Positions 62,195 to 64,000 of a DNA stretch of 64,000 nucleotides are shown here, piece by piece (position 1 is the stretch's first letter; every line of letters begins with the position of its first letter). Source of the stretch: Azolla caroliniana. Its lineage: Eukaryota; Plantae; Polypodiophyta. The position numbers and the translations under genes are program-made. Location: contig JBHGNT010000005.1 in assembly GCA_043228905.1 (NCBI GenBank), positions 18,290,001 to 18,354,000 on the forward strand, given 5' to 3'. Under the pieces are notes generated by a model that was not told where the DNA came from, ran no database searches, and saw only the letters and a list, made by a program, of their open reading frames with translations.

Positions 62195-64000
62195 TGTCGA
62201 ATACATGTGTATAATGGACGTATTCACACTATCCCGTTTTGGCCATTTATGTAATTAGCATAAAGGGTAGTTGCCCTAAGTCGGTCCCTATATATAGTGA
62301 CCTTGTAACCTTTTTGTAAGGTTGGTTGTTGTATTGCTTTGTGAATAAAGAAACTCTTTTGTGTCTCTCTCTCTCTCTCTCTCACACTCTCTCTGTGCAA
62401 CGACATAGAAACAGTCATACGCAGGTACTCTACAGCACTCGAATGCTCCTTGATCTTCCGCAAAGACGACCTTGTCCCCAACATCTGGTATCAGAGCCTG
62501 CACAGTAGTCGGTCCTTCAATCCGCTGTCGGCCGTCGTCTCAGCATTCGGTTTCCTGCGTCATTCGAAAAAGAGAGAAGAAGAACAAAAGAAAAAACGAG
62601 GTTTTGCACCTCATCGCGTTAGATCCTCTTGCTTGGAGTAAGCCATCAGGTTGTACTCTGTTCCTTGTGATCGTAACCGCTCGAGGTGAAATCCCCTTGT
62701 GTATCATTGACACGATCGTGCTCCATTCGGTTAAACGGCATCCGAAGTAGTCAACAAATGCTGCTCGCCGCTCGTTGTAACCACTCGGTGCAGATCGGTC
62801 TCAAGACAACAACCCCAATTCGTGCTTCATCCGGCTGATCGACATTCGAGAGGATCAGTTGGATCTGTCTCTCTCGTCGCTGCAGCCACCCGAAGCAGAA
62901 TCGGTCCAGATAATCGGTTTCAATAATCGGTATTCGGCATATATATCCGAAGCGAACCGGGCTCACTCCGACTCGGCAACATCCGGGAAGACCAGTCGGT
63001 TCTGTCCCTCAAGCTACCGGAGTCAATTCGAGCAAGTTCAACAAATACATATATCCGAAGCCGAACCGACTCGGGTTCAAATCCGACTAGAACGATATCG
63101 GGTGAGCCAACCAGCTGCACTCCTTCAAGGTTCGTAGTCAACTCCGAACCGAGCTTCGCCAACCGAAACCAAATTTGATGGCATCAACATCCGGCTCGTC
63201 AGAAATGAGTCTACGAAAGTTCGATGGATCGAACTTTAACTTCTGGAAGGAGCAAATGCAGGACTATCTCATAGTCAAGGGGCAAATCGATCCCATCGAA
63301 AATGAAGAACCTCCAGAAGGATACAAACCAATTGAGTGGCAGAAGCTGGACAGAATCGTCCGCGCCACGATTCGGATGCACCTATCGGAATCGGTATACT
63401 TTACGGTGCAATCGTGTACGACAGCATTCGAACTGTGGAAAACACTGTCGGACACTTACGAAAAGAAGGTCGCCGCAACGAAGATGTTTCTGATCCGGCG
63501 CCTCTATAACTTGCGGATGAAAGAATCCGATTCGGTCCAAGCACACCTCAATGAGTACGAAAGTATAAGCTCCCAAATCTCATCTCAGGGGACGGCAATC
63601 GAGGATGAACTCAGAGCAATGATACTCATGAGTAGCCTTCCCTCATCATGGGAAACTTTCGTCACAACCGTGTGCAACGCGTCAACCACGGCTGTTAAGT
63701 ACTCCGAAGTCACGAGCGCAATCCTGACCGAAGCAGCTCGGAGAAAGTCTTTCGCCAAAGACTCAACAGACGACGCTTATGTAGTACAAGGTTCGACAGA
63801 CCGATCGAACATACGAGGAAGAGATTCCTCACGGCCGCCGAACAATCAACGAAGACGGAGCCAGTCACGGGATAACCGAATCTGCAACTATTGCAAGAAA
63901 CCCGGACACATCAAAGCCGACTGCCGCGCACTCAAGAACAAGAACAACAAGAAGAGTGGCCGGCATGAGGAGATCAATTACGTCAGCTTCTCAGCTGATG
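62195..64000 (+). mobile_element. Copia H (related to copia C): 5' LTR 62195-62483, PBS 62486-62498, long leader, gag running off the window
   Basis: TG..CA LTR with a (CT)n tract; TGGTATCAGAGCC. Confidence 0.88.
63178..64000 (+). CDS. Copia gag(-pol) N-terminus, open to the window end
   Basis: MASTSGSSEMSLRKFDGSNFNFWKEQMQDYL..RATIRMHLS..CNYCKKPGHIKADC; no stop seen. Confidence 0.88.
   Translation, partial: MASTSGSSEMSLRKFDGSNFNFWKEQMQDYLIVKGQIDPIENEEPPEGYKPIEWQKLDRIVRATIRMHLSESVYFTVQSCTTAFELWKTLSDTYEKKVAATKMFLIRRLYNLRMKESDSVQAHLNEYESISSQISSQGTAIEDELRAMILMSSLPSSWETFVTTVCNASTTAVKYSEVTSAILTEAARRKSFAKDSTDDAYVVQGSTDRSNIRGRDSSRPPNNQRRRSQSRDNRICNYCKKPGHIKADCRALKNKNNKKSGRHEEINYVSFSAD

Overview
Plant nuclear DNA, most likely from a non-seed land plant such as a fern or lycophyte (inferred from the transposon lineages). 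The first ~6 kb hold one intact 8-exon clock gene on the minus strand: a PRR3/7-type pseudo-response regulator (pseudo-receiver + CCT, ~966 aa). Its upstream region carries an Evening Element, clustered G-box/ABRE motifs and a CCAAT box. From ~7.95 kb to the end the window is an almost continuous nest of decayed LTR retrotransposons. These comprise at least six Ty1/copia elements, two related non-chromoviral Ty3/gypsy elements with a ~1000-aa extra ORF and no obvious PPT, and many copies or solo LTRs of a tRNA-Trp-primed, fungal-like gypsy lineage (TGTCG...CGACA LTRs) that makes 4-bp, CG-centred target duplications. Notable structures: a circularly permuted single-LTR copia, a 1220-bp tandem triplication inside a copia, hairpins enclosing or replacing PPTs, a structured six-unit array in an LTR, and an organellar-type tRNA-His pseudogene. 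All calls come from reading the sequence by eye; no searches were run.
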